This document shows positions 37,548 to 46,284 of a DNA stretch of 64,000 bases, piece after piece (within the stretch, counting starts at the first letter, position 1; every line of letters begins with the position of its first letter). The stretch comes from Thermoplasmata archaeon. Its GTDB lineage: Archaea > Thermoplasmatota > E2 > JACPAO01 > JAHFTW01. A model generated the notes under the pieces. The model ran no database searches. It had not been told where the DNA came from and saw nothing but the letters and a program-made list of their open reading frames with translations. A program made the translations under genes and the position numbers. The stretch is taken from positions 128,001 to 192,000 of the forward strand of contig JAXDQS010000010.1 in assembly GCA_034667725.1 (NCBI GenBank), written 5' to 3'.

Positions 37548-37984
37548 ACGACGGCGACGCCACCCGGCAGGTCATCCTCAACCTCCTGCAGCAGCACCCA
37601 GGCCTGCACAAGAGCGAGCTGGCGCGCGCCCTCGGCCTCGGCTGGGGCACCATCTCCTACCACCTCCAAGTGCTGTGCCAGACCGGCGCGGTCCAGCAGA
37701 TGCGCCGCGGCCGCCGCCTCCGGCTGTTCCCCGGCGGCATGGACGAGAAGCAGATGCGCCTGCTGTGCGCGATGCGGCAGGACGTCCAGAACGACATCCT
37801 GAAGGCGCTGACCTTCTCGCCCGGCGCCGCCGCCGAGTCGCTGGCCGACGAGCTGGGCCTGAGCCGCCGCCTCATCCGCCGCCACCTTGCCAGCCTGGAG
37901 GAGGACGGCATCGTGGACGCCCTGCACGTGCCCCGCACCGACGTCACCAACCTGCGGCAAGGCCTGGAGCCCTACCACCGCTAG
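37544..37984 (+). CDS. Double winged-HTH regulator, COG3398-like (cassette 1, gene C)
   Basis: HPGLHKSELARALGLGWGTISYHL..LFP and LADELGLSRRLIRRHL..LEEDGIV; GTGA overlap with gene B, GGAGG RBS. Confidence 0.85.
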   Translation: MNDGDATRQVILNLLQQHPGLHKSELARALGLGWGTISYHLQVLCQTGAVQQMRRGRRLRLFPGGMDEKQMRLLCAMRQDVQNDILKALTFSPGAAAESLADELGLSRRLIRRHLASLEEDGIVDALHVPRTDVTNLRQGLEPYHR

Positions 37985-38044
37985 CTTGCCGCTTTCAAGA
38001 ATCCGCCCGGAAACCCTAACCCTGCGGCTTCTGGGTGGGCTCCC

Positions 38045-38482
38045 ATGGCACGATCTGCCGTCCTTGCAAGCCTGCTCATGATCGCCCTGCTGGGCACCCC
38101 CGTCCACGCCGGCGCCCCCTACCAGTCCGGCGAAGGCTGGTGCGGCGGCCAAGCCCCCATCGCGTCCGCCTGCCAGGCCAAGCCCTACACGCTGCCATCG
38201 TCCATCACCGTGGACATCGACGCCCACCTGCTGTGCCTGCTCGTCTCAGGCTGCGAGGACGGCGAGGTCGTGGTCACGCTGCACGGCGCCACCGAGACCG
38301 GCACCGTCGAGAAGAGCTGCTCCTACTCCTTCAGCGCCAACAGCTGCACCGGCATCCAGAGGACCGGCGCCATGTACGTCGGCCAGGACATCGTGGTCAC
38401 CGGGACCGCGACCCTGCGCTGCGGCTCGACGGTCTGCGGCAGCCTGCCCGCCGCGGCCGAGTGGTCGGTCGCCGTCTACTGA
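38045..38482 (+). CDS. Small secreted 8-Cys protein
   Basis: Signal peptide; eight Cys in about 120 mature residues. Confidence 0.65.
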   Translation: MARSAVLASLLMIALLGTPVHAGAPYQSGEGWCGGQAPIASACQAKPYTLPSSITVDIDAHLLCLLVSGCEDGEVVVTLHGATETGTVEKSCSYSFSANSCTGIQRTGAMYVGQDIVVTGTATLRCGSTVCGSLPAAAEWSVAVY

Positions 38483-38626
38483 GCCGTCCCGCGGCCCTCT
38501 TCCTTCACCCCAACCCCTTTATCAAGCACGCCCGTGCCGCACCTGGAACGTCGCCCCGCCGCGTGGGCCGGCAACCGCCCCAGGCACCCGTTCGCCTGAG
38601 GCCCATTGGACGCGGCACGTGATAGT

Positions 38627-40141
38627 ATGCCGCAATCCAAGGAGAAGTCCCCCAAGCTCAAGCTCAGCGCCCAGGCCCAGAAGGTCGTCGACCTCAAGGC
38701 CACCTTCGCGGACCTGAAGCTCAGTCCCACCACCATCGCGGCCCTCGACAAGCTCGGCTTCGCCCATCCCACCCCCATCCAGGAAAAGACCATCCCGCTT
38801 CTCCTGGAGGGCCACGACGTCATCGGGCAGGCGCGCACCGGCACCGGCAAGACCGCCTCGTTCGGCCTGCCCATCATCGAGACGTACGACCCGGCGGCCA
38901 AGCACGTTCAGGCGCTGATCCTGGCCCCGACGCGCGAGCTGGCGCTGCAAATCCACGACGAGATGATCCGCTACGCCGCCAACCGCGAGTTCCGCATCCT
39001 CGCCATCTACGGCGGCACCGGCTACGAGGTCCAGGACAAATCCCTCAAGCAGGGCGTCCACGTCGTCGTCGGCACCCCCGGCCGCATCATGGACCACATG
39101 GAGCGCGGCACCCTCGACCTGCGCTCCACCAAGCTCCTGGTGCTGGACGAGGCCGACCGGATGCTCGACATGGGCTTCATCGACGACGTCGAGAAGATCC
39201 TCAAGTCGATGCCGGGCAAGCACCACCGCCAGACCCTGCTGTTCTCGGCCACCATGCCCGAGGAGATCAAGGGCCTCACCCGCCGCTTCATGGTGCAGCC
39301 GCAGTTCGTCCGCGTCAGCGCCGACGAGCTCACGGTCCCCGAGATCGACCAGGTCTACTACCCCGTCGGCCGCCGCAACAAGCACTGGGCCCTCACCCGC
39401 GTCCTCGACAACGAGCCCGAGCAGGACCTGGTGCTGATCTTCTGCGCCACCAAGATGATGTGCGACCGCCTCAAGGAGGACCTCAACCGCTGGGGCTACA
39501 ACGCCGAGGCCATCCACGGCGACCTTCCCCAAAGCAAGCGCGAACGCGTCCTTGCGGACTTCGACGCCGGCAAGGTCAAAATCCTCATCGCCACCGACGT
39601 CGCCGCCCGCGGCCTCGACATCGACCGCATCACCCACGTCGTCAACTTCGACCTCCCCGAGACCGAGCCCGAGGTCTACGTCCACCGCATCGGCCGCACC
39701 GGCCGCGCCGGCCGCAAGGGCAAGAGCATCTCGTTCGTCAGCCTCGACGACAAGCCGCTCTTGAAGCGCATCGAGATGCTGATCGGCCGCGAGATCAAGG
39801 AGGCCACTCCGCCGGCCGGCGCCGACGGCAAGCCCGACCGGGTCGAGCGCAAGACCGACTGGGACGAGCTGGCCGACAAGTACGGCAACGTCCACCTGCG
39901 CGTCAACGCCGGCCGCGACGACGGCCTCACGCCCTACCTCCTGCACAAGCTGGTCGCGGAGTCCACCCGGCTCCCCGACCACGCCATCCGCGACATCATC
40001 GTCCACCGCCACGAGGCCGGCTTCGCCGTGCCCAAGGACGCAGCACTCTCGGCCCGCCAAGGGCTGCAGAGCATCAAGCTGGACGGCTACAAGCTCGACG
40101 CGGAGTTCGAGTCGCGCGAGACCACTGTCCGTACGGCCTGA
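38627..40141 (+). CDS. deaD: DEAD-box RNA helicase with DbpA-type C-terminal domain
   Basis: PTPIQ, ARTGTGKT, PTRELA, DEAD, SAT, ARGLD, HRIGRTGR. Confidence 0.93.
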   Translation: MPQSKEKSPKLKLSAQAQKVVDLKATFADLKLSPTTIAALDKLGFAHPTPIQEKTIPLLLEGHDVIGQARTGTGKTASFGLPIIETYDPAAKHVQALILAPTRELALQIHDEMIRYAANREFRILAIYGGTGYEVQDKSLKQGVHVVVGTPGRIMDHMERGTLDLRSTKLLVLDEADRMLDMGFIDDVEKILKSMPGKHHRQTLLFSATMPEEIKGLTRRFMVQPQFVRVSADELTVPEIDQVYYPVGRRNKHWALTRVLDNEPEQDLVLIFCATKMMCDRLKEDLNRWGYNAEAIHGDLPQSKRERVLADFDAGKVKILIATDVAARGLDIDRITHVVNFDLPETEPEVYVHRIGRTGRAGRKGKSISFVSLDDKPLLKRIEMLIGREIKEATPPAGADGKPDRVERKTDWDELADKYGNVHLRVNAGRDDGLTPYLLHKLVAESTRLPDHAIRDIIVHRHEAGFAVPKDAALSARQGLQSIKLDGYKLDAEFESRETTVRTA

Positions 40142-40166
40142 GCTTCGCAAAAACTGCCGTAGGCGG

Positions 40167-40445
40167 TCAAATCATCCTAGCCAGATAATTCTCGCCTTGC
40201 TCCACCTCGGCGTCGCAGTGGCGCTTGTACTTCATGGCCACGGTGACAAGGGTTGCGGTCAGAACGGCATATGCGACCATCAGTTCTGATTTTTGGATTA
40301 ACAACGCGTCCGAGCCGGCGAGCGCGATTCCAATCAGGGCAAGTGAGAGTGCCGATCCGAGAACGGCAAGCGCGACAACCGCTCGTAGCGCCACCCGCGC
40401 GACAAAGGCCCGAATCTTCAGTTGGTCAAGCTCACTTCGGTCCAT
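40167..40445 (-). CDS. Small 2-TM hypothetical protein with atypical codon usage
   Basis: 92 aa, two hydrophobic helices, visibly more A/T than its neighbours. Confidence 0.5.
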   Translation of the reverse strand: MDRSELDQLKIRAFVARVALRAVVALAVLGSALSLALIGIALAGSDALLIQKSELMVAYAVLTATLVTVAMKYKRHCDAEVEQGENYLARMI

Positions 40446-40506
40446 GAATCGGTCAGCGGGGCCGCCGGCATAACGATATCGAGTTAGTAAAACGAACCGG
40501 CCAAGC

Positions 40507-41583
40507 TCACACTAGCACGCACCCGTGCCACGCGATCTCGTCGCCCGGCTGGAACGCCATGCCCGTGATGCCGAGCGGCGCGGACGCGCCGTTGACGTCG
40601 TAGCACCAGTCCGACAGGGCGCCGTAGCCGTCGATGGACTCGACGCCGAAGCCGAACGAGTCGTTGAAGCTGAACTCGACGGCGCGGCCCGTCTGGGTCC
40701 AGGCCACCAGCACGTCGTGGACGTTGGCGTGCGGCGGGTGGGCGATGGGCTTGCCGTCATAGTCGGGCGCCGACAGGAAGGCGTCGATGTCGAGCCAGAC
40801 CTCGTCGTCCAGCGGCGCTTTCTGGGGGATGGCGGCCGTGAACTCGGCCTGCACGCGGGCGGAGGCGAGGCGGACCGCGACCACGTCGCGGACGGCCGTG
40901 GCCTTGCCGTCGTCGGCGAGCACCCGGAGCGGCGTCTGCCCGTAGTCGAGCGGCACGGTGACGCTCCATGGGCCGGCGGGCACGTCGGCCGTCGTGGCGT
41001 TCGTCACCGTCAGGCGGACGGCGCGGTCCACCGTGCCCGCGAGCACCAGGGTCGCGCTGCGGGTCGGCGCCGGCGCCGTGACGGTGAGCGTGAGGGGGCC
41101 CGTCGCCGGCTTCAGGGGCGCGGCGGCGGTCGGGGTGGCGGTCGCGGTGCCGGAGGCGGCGGTCGGGCTCGTGGAGCTGCCCTCCGAATCCTGGTCCAGC
41201 GGCGTGTAGGTCCAGGACACGGTGTCGCCGGCGTGGACCTGGACATCGTCCATGCCCGTCATGCTGGCGACCCCGTTGAGCGCGAGCGCCCAGTGGCCTT
41301 CGGCGCCTTGCGAGCAGCCGGGGGTCTTGGGCACGCCGTCGATGGCGTCGAGGCAGTGGCCGAAGCTGAACTCCTGCATGTCCACGCGGACCCCGGAGTG
41401 GTGGGACCAAGCCAGCAGCTGGTGGTAGGCGGTCGCGGCCTCGGCCGCGGGCACGGTGGCGTCCACGTCGGCGTGGGGCGCGGGGAAGTCGAGGAGGATG
41501 CGGGTCGTGGGGCCGTCGTCGGCGGCGCAGCCGGCAAGGAGGGCGGCGACGAGCAAGGCGATGGCGAGATGGGTCTGGGTCAT
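40507..41583 (-). CDS. Lipoprotein with two DUF4430 (transcobalamin C-terminal-like) domains
   Basis: LAGC lipobox; FG..(L/V)..IDG...W...NG.....G......GD...W occurs twice. Confidence 0.75.
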   Translation of the reverse strand: MTQTHLAIALLVAALLAGCAADDGPTTRILLDFPAPHADVDATVPAAEAATAYHQLLAWSHHSGVRVDMQEFSFGHCLDAIDGVPKTPGCSQGAEGHWALALNGVASMTGMDDVQVHAGDTVSWTYTPLDQDSEGSSTSPTAASGTATATPTAAAPLKPATGPLTLTVTAPAPTRSATLVLAGTVDRAVRLTVTNATTADVPAGPWSVTVPLDYGQTPLRVLADDGKATAVRDVVAVRLASARVQAEFTAAIPQKAPLDDEVWLDIDAFLSAPDYDGKPIAHPPHANVHDVLVAWTQTGRAVEFSFNDSFGFGVESIDGYGALSDWCYDVNGASAPLGITGMAFQPGDEIAWHGCVLV

Positions 41584-42512
41584 GGGCGGCACCGGGCGAG
41601 GAGGGCGGAATAGGCGAGCAGCAAGAGGGGAAGGAGGACGGCTGGGCCCGGCGCGGCGCGCGGCGTGGCCGCGGCGGCCGGCGGGCCGTCGAGGGCGAGC
41701 GCCAGCGGGGGCGAGGCGCGGCCGGCGCCTTCGCTGCGCAGCTCCAGGGTGTGGTTGCCGGGGAGGGCGGGCACTTCGAGGCGCCACGTCGGGCCGGTGG
41801 CGCGCGCCTGCCATGCGCCGTCGTCGAGGCGGAACGCGAGCGCCGTGGCGTTGCCGTCGGCGTGCCGGCCTTCGACCTGCCAGGCGTCGGCGCGCGTGGC
41901 CGCGGCCGTCGGAGGCGTGAGCGGGAGGGCGCGCCACGCCGCGACCGTGGCTGGCGCGGGCGGCACCGTGGCCTGGAGACTGGCGGTGGCGTCGAAGCGC
42001 TCGCCGCCGTCGGCGGCGTTGGCGGCGATGACGTGGTTGCCGTTGGCGGCCAGGACCGCCAGCCACGCCTGGGCGGGCTGCGGCTCGTGGGCCAGGTCCG
42101 GCGCGGTCCAGGCGACCTGCCACTCGCGCCGCAGGGTTCCGTCGGCAGTGTAGGTGGCTTCACGCGCGTCGGGGAGGCGGACCAGGTCCTCCATGCCGGC
42201 GGGGACCGCGAGGCGGCCGGCGCCGACGGCCAGGTCGAAGCCGCCTTGAGGCTGCGGCGCGGGCATGGCGGCCGGGCCGCCGCCGACGCGGACAGTCAGG
42301 AGGTAGCTGGCGCCGGGCAGCCAGCCGTCGGCGGGCAGGCCTTCGAGCGTGGCCGTGGCTTCGGTCGCCACCAGGGGCGGGACGGTGTGGCAGGCCAGGC
42401 AGGTGAGGCCGTTTTTGCCCGAGAAGCCGTCGGAGCCGCCGAAGTTGGCGGACGCGGTCCAGGCGACGGCCAGGAAGAGGGCGGCTGCGGCGAGGCGGGC
42501 GGCGGACGACAC
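41580..42512 (-). CDS. Choice-of-anchor V / Reeler-like surface protein with CxxCH
   Basis: Signal peptide, G.TCLACH, PG.SY.LTV, GGF.L, W...WTAP, AANGN; APGP + TM tail. Confidence 0.7.
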   Translation of the reverse strand: MSSAARLAAAALFLAVAWTASANFGGSDGFSGKNGLTCLACHTVPPLVATEATATLEGLPADGWLPGASYLLTVRVGGGPAAMPAPQPQGGFDLAVGAGRLAVPAGMEDLVRLPDAREATYTADGTLRREWQVAWTAPDLAHEPQPAQAWLAVLAANGNHVIAANAADGGERFDATASLQATVPPAPATVAAWRALPLTPPTAAATRADAWQVEGRHADGNATALAFRLDDGAWQARATGPTWRLEVPALPGNHTLELRSEGAGRASPPLALALDGPPAAAATPRAAPGPAVLLPLLLLAYSALLARCRP

Positions 42513-42622
42513 TTCAACCCCGGTTGTTGGGATTCAACCAGGATGGAACGGCCAAAAGGCTTGCTTCAACAGGTGTTGAGGGAGCCGCCACCATGATATC
42601 CACGCCAAGGGTCGCGCGCGCG

Positions 42623-44140
42623 ATGCCGAAGCCTGCCGCCGCGCCCGCCCCGACGGTCGAGGACGCCCTTGCCGTCCTGCCCGACCTCGACGCCGACCAG
42701 GTGCGCAAGGTCGTGGCGCTCGGCAAGAAGGCATGGCCGTACCGCTTCCCCGCGGAGCGCGACCTGGCCGCGCTGCGCGCCCGCCTGGAGGCGGCGCACC
42801 AGCCGGGCCAGAAGGGCGACGCGCCCGGGGCCAAGCGCTACAAGGTCGCGGGCCGGCTGCGCGCCAAGCGCGGCAGCGGCGGCATCGCGTTCCTTGATTT
42901 GGAGGGCCAGGACGGCAAGATCCAGTGCATCCTCGACAAGGGCGAGCTGGGGGACGCGGCGTTCGACGCGGCGCTGCACCTGCTGAACGAGGGCGACTGG
43001 GTCGGAGTCGCCGGCTACGGGATGCGCTCGAAGCGCGGCGAGCCCTCGATCGGCGCGGAGAAGGTCACGCTGCTTGCCAAGGCGCTGGTGTCGTTCCCGG
43101 ACCTGGGGCAGGCGGAGGCGCCGGAGCTGCGCTATGGCCGTCCGTATGTCGGCCTGATGCAAGGCCCGGCGGCGCGGCGGCCGTTCGTGCAGCGCGCCCG
43201 CATCACCCAAGTGGTCCGCCAAGTGCTGGAGAAGGCCGGCTTCCTGGAGGCGCACATCCCGGTCTTGGAGAAGGTGTACGGCGGCGCCAACGCCCAGCCG
43301 TTCGTCACCCACTCGAACGCGAAGGACATGCCGATGTACCTGCGCATCAGCCACGAACTGGCCCTGAAGAAGCTCCTCGTGGGCGGCCTGGAGCGGGTCC
43401 ACCACATCGGGCCGGCGTTCCGCAACGAGGACATCGACACCACCCACAACCCCGAGTTCACGCTGCTGGAGTGCTACGCCGCCTACTGGGACTACACAGA
43501 CATGATGCGGCTCACCGAGAAGATGTTCCAGGCCGCGGTGAAGGCCGTGAACGGCGGCTCGCTGGTGCTGCAGCGCCCGGGCAAGGAGCCGCTGGACTTC
43601 GGCACGTTCCACGTCGTCACGATGAAGGACGCGATCCGCTCGCACGGCGGCCCCGACCCCGACACCGTGTCGGACGAGGAAATCCAGAAAATCCTCGCGG
43701 AGGCCAACGTCCACATCCGCGGCGGCTACTCGCGCGGCCTCGGGGTCGCCAAGCTGTTCGAGGTCTACGCCGAGCCCCTCCTGGTGCAGCCGACCTTCGT
43801 CATCGACCACCCGCGCGAGACGACCCCGCTGTGCAAGGCGCACCGCAAGGACCCCAGCCTGGTCGAGCGGTTCGAGCTGTTCATCGCCGGCCGCGAGCAC
43901 GCCAACTCCTACTCCGAGCTCAACGACCCCATCCTGCAAGCGCGGCTGTTCGCCGAGCAGGAGGCCCGGCGCAAGGGCGGCGACGACGAGGCCCCGCCGA
44001 CCGACCAAGACTTCATCCAAGCCCTGAAGCATGGCATGCCCCCCGCGGGCGGCCTCGGCGTGGGCATCGACCGCATGGTGATGACCCTCCTCGACCTCGA
44101 CTCGATCAAGCAAGTGCTGCCGTTCCCGCAGATGAAGTGA
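42623..44140 (+). CDS. lysS: Lysine--tRNA ligase, class II
   Basis: OB fold AGRL..KR..G..F.DL; GGANAQPFVTH, YLRISHEL, FRNEDID..HNPEFT, ERFELF, GMPP.GG.G.GIDR; ATG 42593 is an alternative start. Confidence 0.95.
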   Translation: MPKPAAAPAPTVEDALAVLPDLDADQVRKVVALGKKAWPYRFPAERDLAALRARLEAAHQPGQKGDAPGAKRYKVAGRLRAKRGSGGIAFLDLEGQDGKIQCILDKGELGDAAFDAALHLLNEGDWVGVAGYGMRSKRGEPSIGAEKVTLLAKALVSFPDLGQAEAPELRYGRPYVGLMQGPAARRPFVQRARITQVVRQVLEKAGFLEAHIPVLEKVYGGANAQPFVTHSNAKDMPMYLRISHELALKKLLVGGLERVHHIGPAFRNEDIDTTHNPEFTLLECYAAYWDYTDMMRLTEKMFQAAVKAVNGGSLVLQRPGKEPLDFGTFHVVTMKDAIRSHGGPDPDTVSDEEIQKILAEANVHIRGGYSRGLGVAKLFEVYAEPLLVQPTFVIDHPRETTPLCKAHRKDPSLVERFELFIAGREHANSYSELNDPILQARLFAEQEARRKGGDDEAPPTDQDFIQALKHGMPPAGGLGVGIDRMVMTLLDLDSIKQVLPFPQMK

Positions 44141-44143
44141 CCC

Positions 44144-44614
44144 CTAGTCCAAGCCCAGGCGCTCGTCGTCCTCCAAGTGGCGGTCGCGCCGCGTGGTCCC
44201 GACGATGTGCTCCGGCGGCAAGAGCGGACGGTAGCGCGGCCGCGTGACCCCCACCTTCTCGACCACGCCGTCCTCGATCATCCGGGTCAGATGGGCGCGC
44301 ACCACCTTGCGGGTGAAGCCGATGTCGTCGCTGATGCGGTAGACGCCCGACATCGGGTGCGCCAGCAAGGCCTCCAGCACGCGCGCCGCGTCCTCGTCAT
44401 GCAGCGCCCGCAGCCACGGCCGGTCGTGCGCCGGCACCTCGCCGGGGAACAGCTCGTGGCTCCAGCCGCGGTCCTCGACGTGCAACAGCCGCTGGCGCGT
44501 CAGCACGCGGACGTGGTGCTGGATGGTCGCCCAGCGCACGCCCAGCAGCGAGCACAGCTCGTTCTTGGTGATGCCGGGGCGGCTGGCCACCGCCGCCCGG
44601 ATGCGGGCCCGCAT
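44144..44614 (-). CDS. Double winged-HTH regulator, COG3398-like (cassette 2, gene C)
   Basis: RPGITKNELCSLLGVRWATIQHHV..LFP and ISDDIGFTRKVVRAHL..MIEDGVV; start uncertain (frame open further upstream). Confidence 0.82.
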   Translation of the reverse strand: MRARIRAAVASRPGITKNELCSLLGVRWATIQHHVRVLTRQRLLHVEDRGWSHELFPGEVPAHDRPWLRALHDEDAARVLEALLAHPMSGVYRISDDIGFTRKVVRAHLTRMIEDGVVEKVGVTRPRYRPLLPPEHIVGTTRRDRHLEDDERLGLD

Positions 44615-44649
44615 CGCGTCACCGTCGCGCAGGGCGATGAAGAGCGGCG

Positions 44650-46053
44650 CTAAACGTATCCCTCCACGAGCGCCGCGCGGCGCGTCTCCGCCTTCCGAAG
44701 GGCCTCCGCCACCAGGCCCCGCAGCGCGGGGTCGGCCGCCGCATCGCGGGCGTAGCCGGGGCTGACCGCGATGCAGTTGGCCAACGATTCGAGCGCCTCG
44801 CCGCGCCGGCCTTGCAGCGAGCGCAGGTGGGCCAAGAGGTAGTCGCGGGTGTCGCGCCGCCGCGCCCAGCGACGCGCCGGGCCGAGGCGGCGCTCCGCGC
44901 GCGCCAACTGGCCCGAGCGCAGCAGCGCCACGGCCTCGGCGACGCGGGCGTCGCGGCCCGCCCACGGCAGCCACGCCAGCCGCGACGCGGTGGCGGCGGC
45001 TTGCGGGTAGTCGCGCGCGTCCATCCGGCGCCGCAGCAGGACGCGCTGGTGGCGGTAGGCGGTGGCCGCCAAGGCGACGACGGCCAGGCCGGCAAGCCAC
45101 CACGGCCACAGCGCGCCGAGGCCGGGGCCGTCGGCGGCCTCCAGGCCGGCGCCCTCGATGGCGGCGACGTCCCCCAGCTCGAGGCGCACCGCCGCCGACT
45201 GGGCGCGCAAGGCCCCCGCCAGCGGGGCGCGCAGCACGACGGTGGCGGGCGCCACCGCCTCGCCGGCGACCACCAGCCGCGCCGAATGCAGCGAGACGCT
45301 GCCGGCGGCCATCGCGAGGGACGCGTCCTCCAAGAGCGCCGTGGTGGCGTTGGCGAGCACCAAGGTCAGTTCGGCGCCGCGCAGGTCGGCGTACGCCTCG
45401 ACCTGGACGTTCTCCATGACGGGCACGCCTGGCGCGACCGTGGGCGTGCTGTGCTGCCCGGTCTCCGCCGTGACGGTCCCGTTGGCGCTCGCGAAGGTGG
45501 CGTCGGCGCCCCAGACGACCAGCCGGAAGTCGCCGCGCACCGACCACTCCCTGCCGCCCAGCGCCGCCAACGCCCCCCGCGCCTCATACGTGGTCTGCGG
45601 CCGGACCGTGCTGGCGTGCGGCTTGAAGGTGGTGGTGCCCGCCGTGGCGGCCTCCACCGCCAGCCCGGCCAGCTGGGCCTCGGCGGAGCGGGGCGCAAGC
45701 GGAATCAGGACGAGGCGGCAGTCCTTGGTCCCATTGACCAGCACGCGGACGTCGCGCAGGTCGCTGGGTTCGGTGGTCACGTCGGCGTCCAGCGGCGCAA
45801 CACCCACGGCCGAGTACGCGACCTGGCTGCGGTCCACCTCGACGTGGGCGCTCGCCGCCGTCCCCACCAGGCGGACGCTGCCGCACGCCTGCTCCTGATG
45901 GGACCAGGCGCGCAACGGGCCCGCGAGGTCCGCGTGCCCCGCGACCTCGACGCGGGTGGCGGTGCCTGTGACGGCGACGCCCGCGTGGACGGAAGGAGAA
46001 AGAAGGAGCAGCAGGAAAAGGGCCAGCGCCCAGGCCCAGCCCGGCCGGTGCAT
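44650..46053 (-). CDS. Single-pass membrane protein with beta-rich ectodomain and TPR-like tail (cassette 2, gene B)
   Basis: Signal peptide, GDFRLVVW, TM WPWWLAGLAVVALAATAY, YLLAH...DAAADPALRGL...EGYV. Confidence 0.78.
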   Translation of the reverse strand: MHRPGWAWALALFLLLLLSPSVHAGVAVTGTATRVEVAGHADLAGPLRAWSHQEQACGSVRLVGTAASAHVEVDRSQVAYSAVGVAPLDADVTTEPSDLRDVRVLVNGTKDCRLVLIPLAPRSAEAQLAGLAVEAATAGTTTFKPHASTVRPQTTYEARGALAALGGREWSVRGDFRLVVWGADATFASANGTVTAETGQHSTPTVAPGVPVMENVQVEAYADLRGAELTLVLANATTALLEDASLAMAAGSVSLHSARLVVAGEAVAPATVVLRAPLAGALRAQSAAVRLELGDVAAIEGAGLEAADGPGLGALWPWWLAGLAVVALAATAYRHQRVLLRRRMDARDYPQAAATASRLAWLPWAGRDARVAEAVALLRSGQLARAERRLGPARRWARRRDTRDYLLAHLRSLQGRRGEALESLANCIAVSPGYARDAAADPALRGLVAEALRKAETRRAALVEGYV

Positions 46054-46095
46054 CAGCCGTGGGACAATGAGGCCGGATATCGCCCTTCTGGGCGA

Positions 46096-46284
46096 CTAAG
46101 GGCCGATGGGCGGCAACGGCAGCAGGCAGGTGGGGTCGAGGGTGTAGGTGGGTGGGTTGGTGTCGTCGTCGTGCATGAACACCTGGCAGTGCGGCCAGTG
46201 GTCGAGCGGGCCTTCATCCTCCCCCGGCGGGTCGGCGGGCTCGTCCGCGACGCAGTTCGGAATCCAGGCCAAGGCGATCGTCAA
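46096..46284 (-). CDS. Small putatively secreted Cys-loop peptide (cassette 2, gene A)
   Basis: Ends WPHCQVF...PPTYTLDPTCLLPLPP, matching the tail of 35703-36119; start uncertain. Confidence 0.65.
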   Translation of the reverse strand: MTIALAWIPNCVADEPADPPGEDEGPLDHWPHCQVFMHDDDTNPPTYTLDPTCLLPLPPIGP

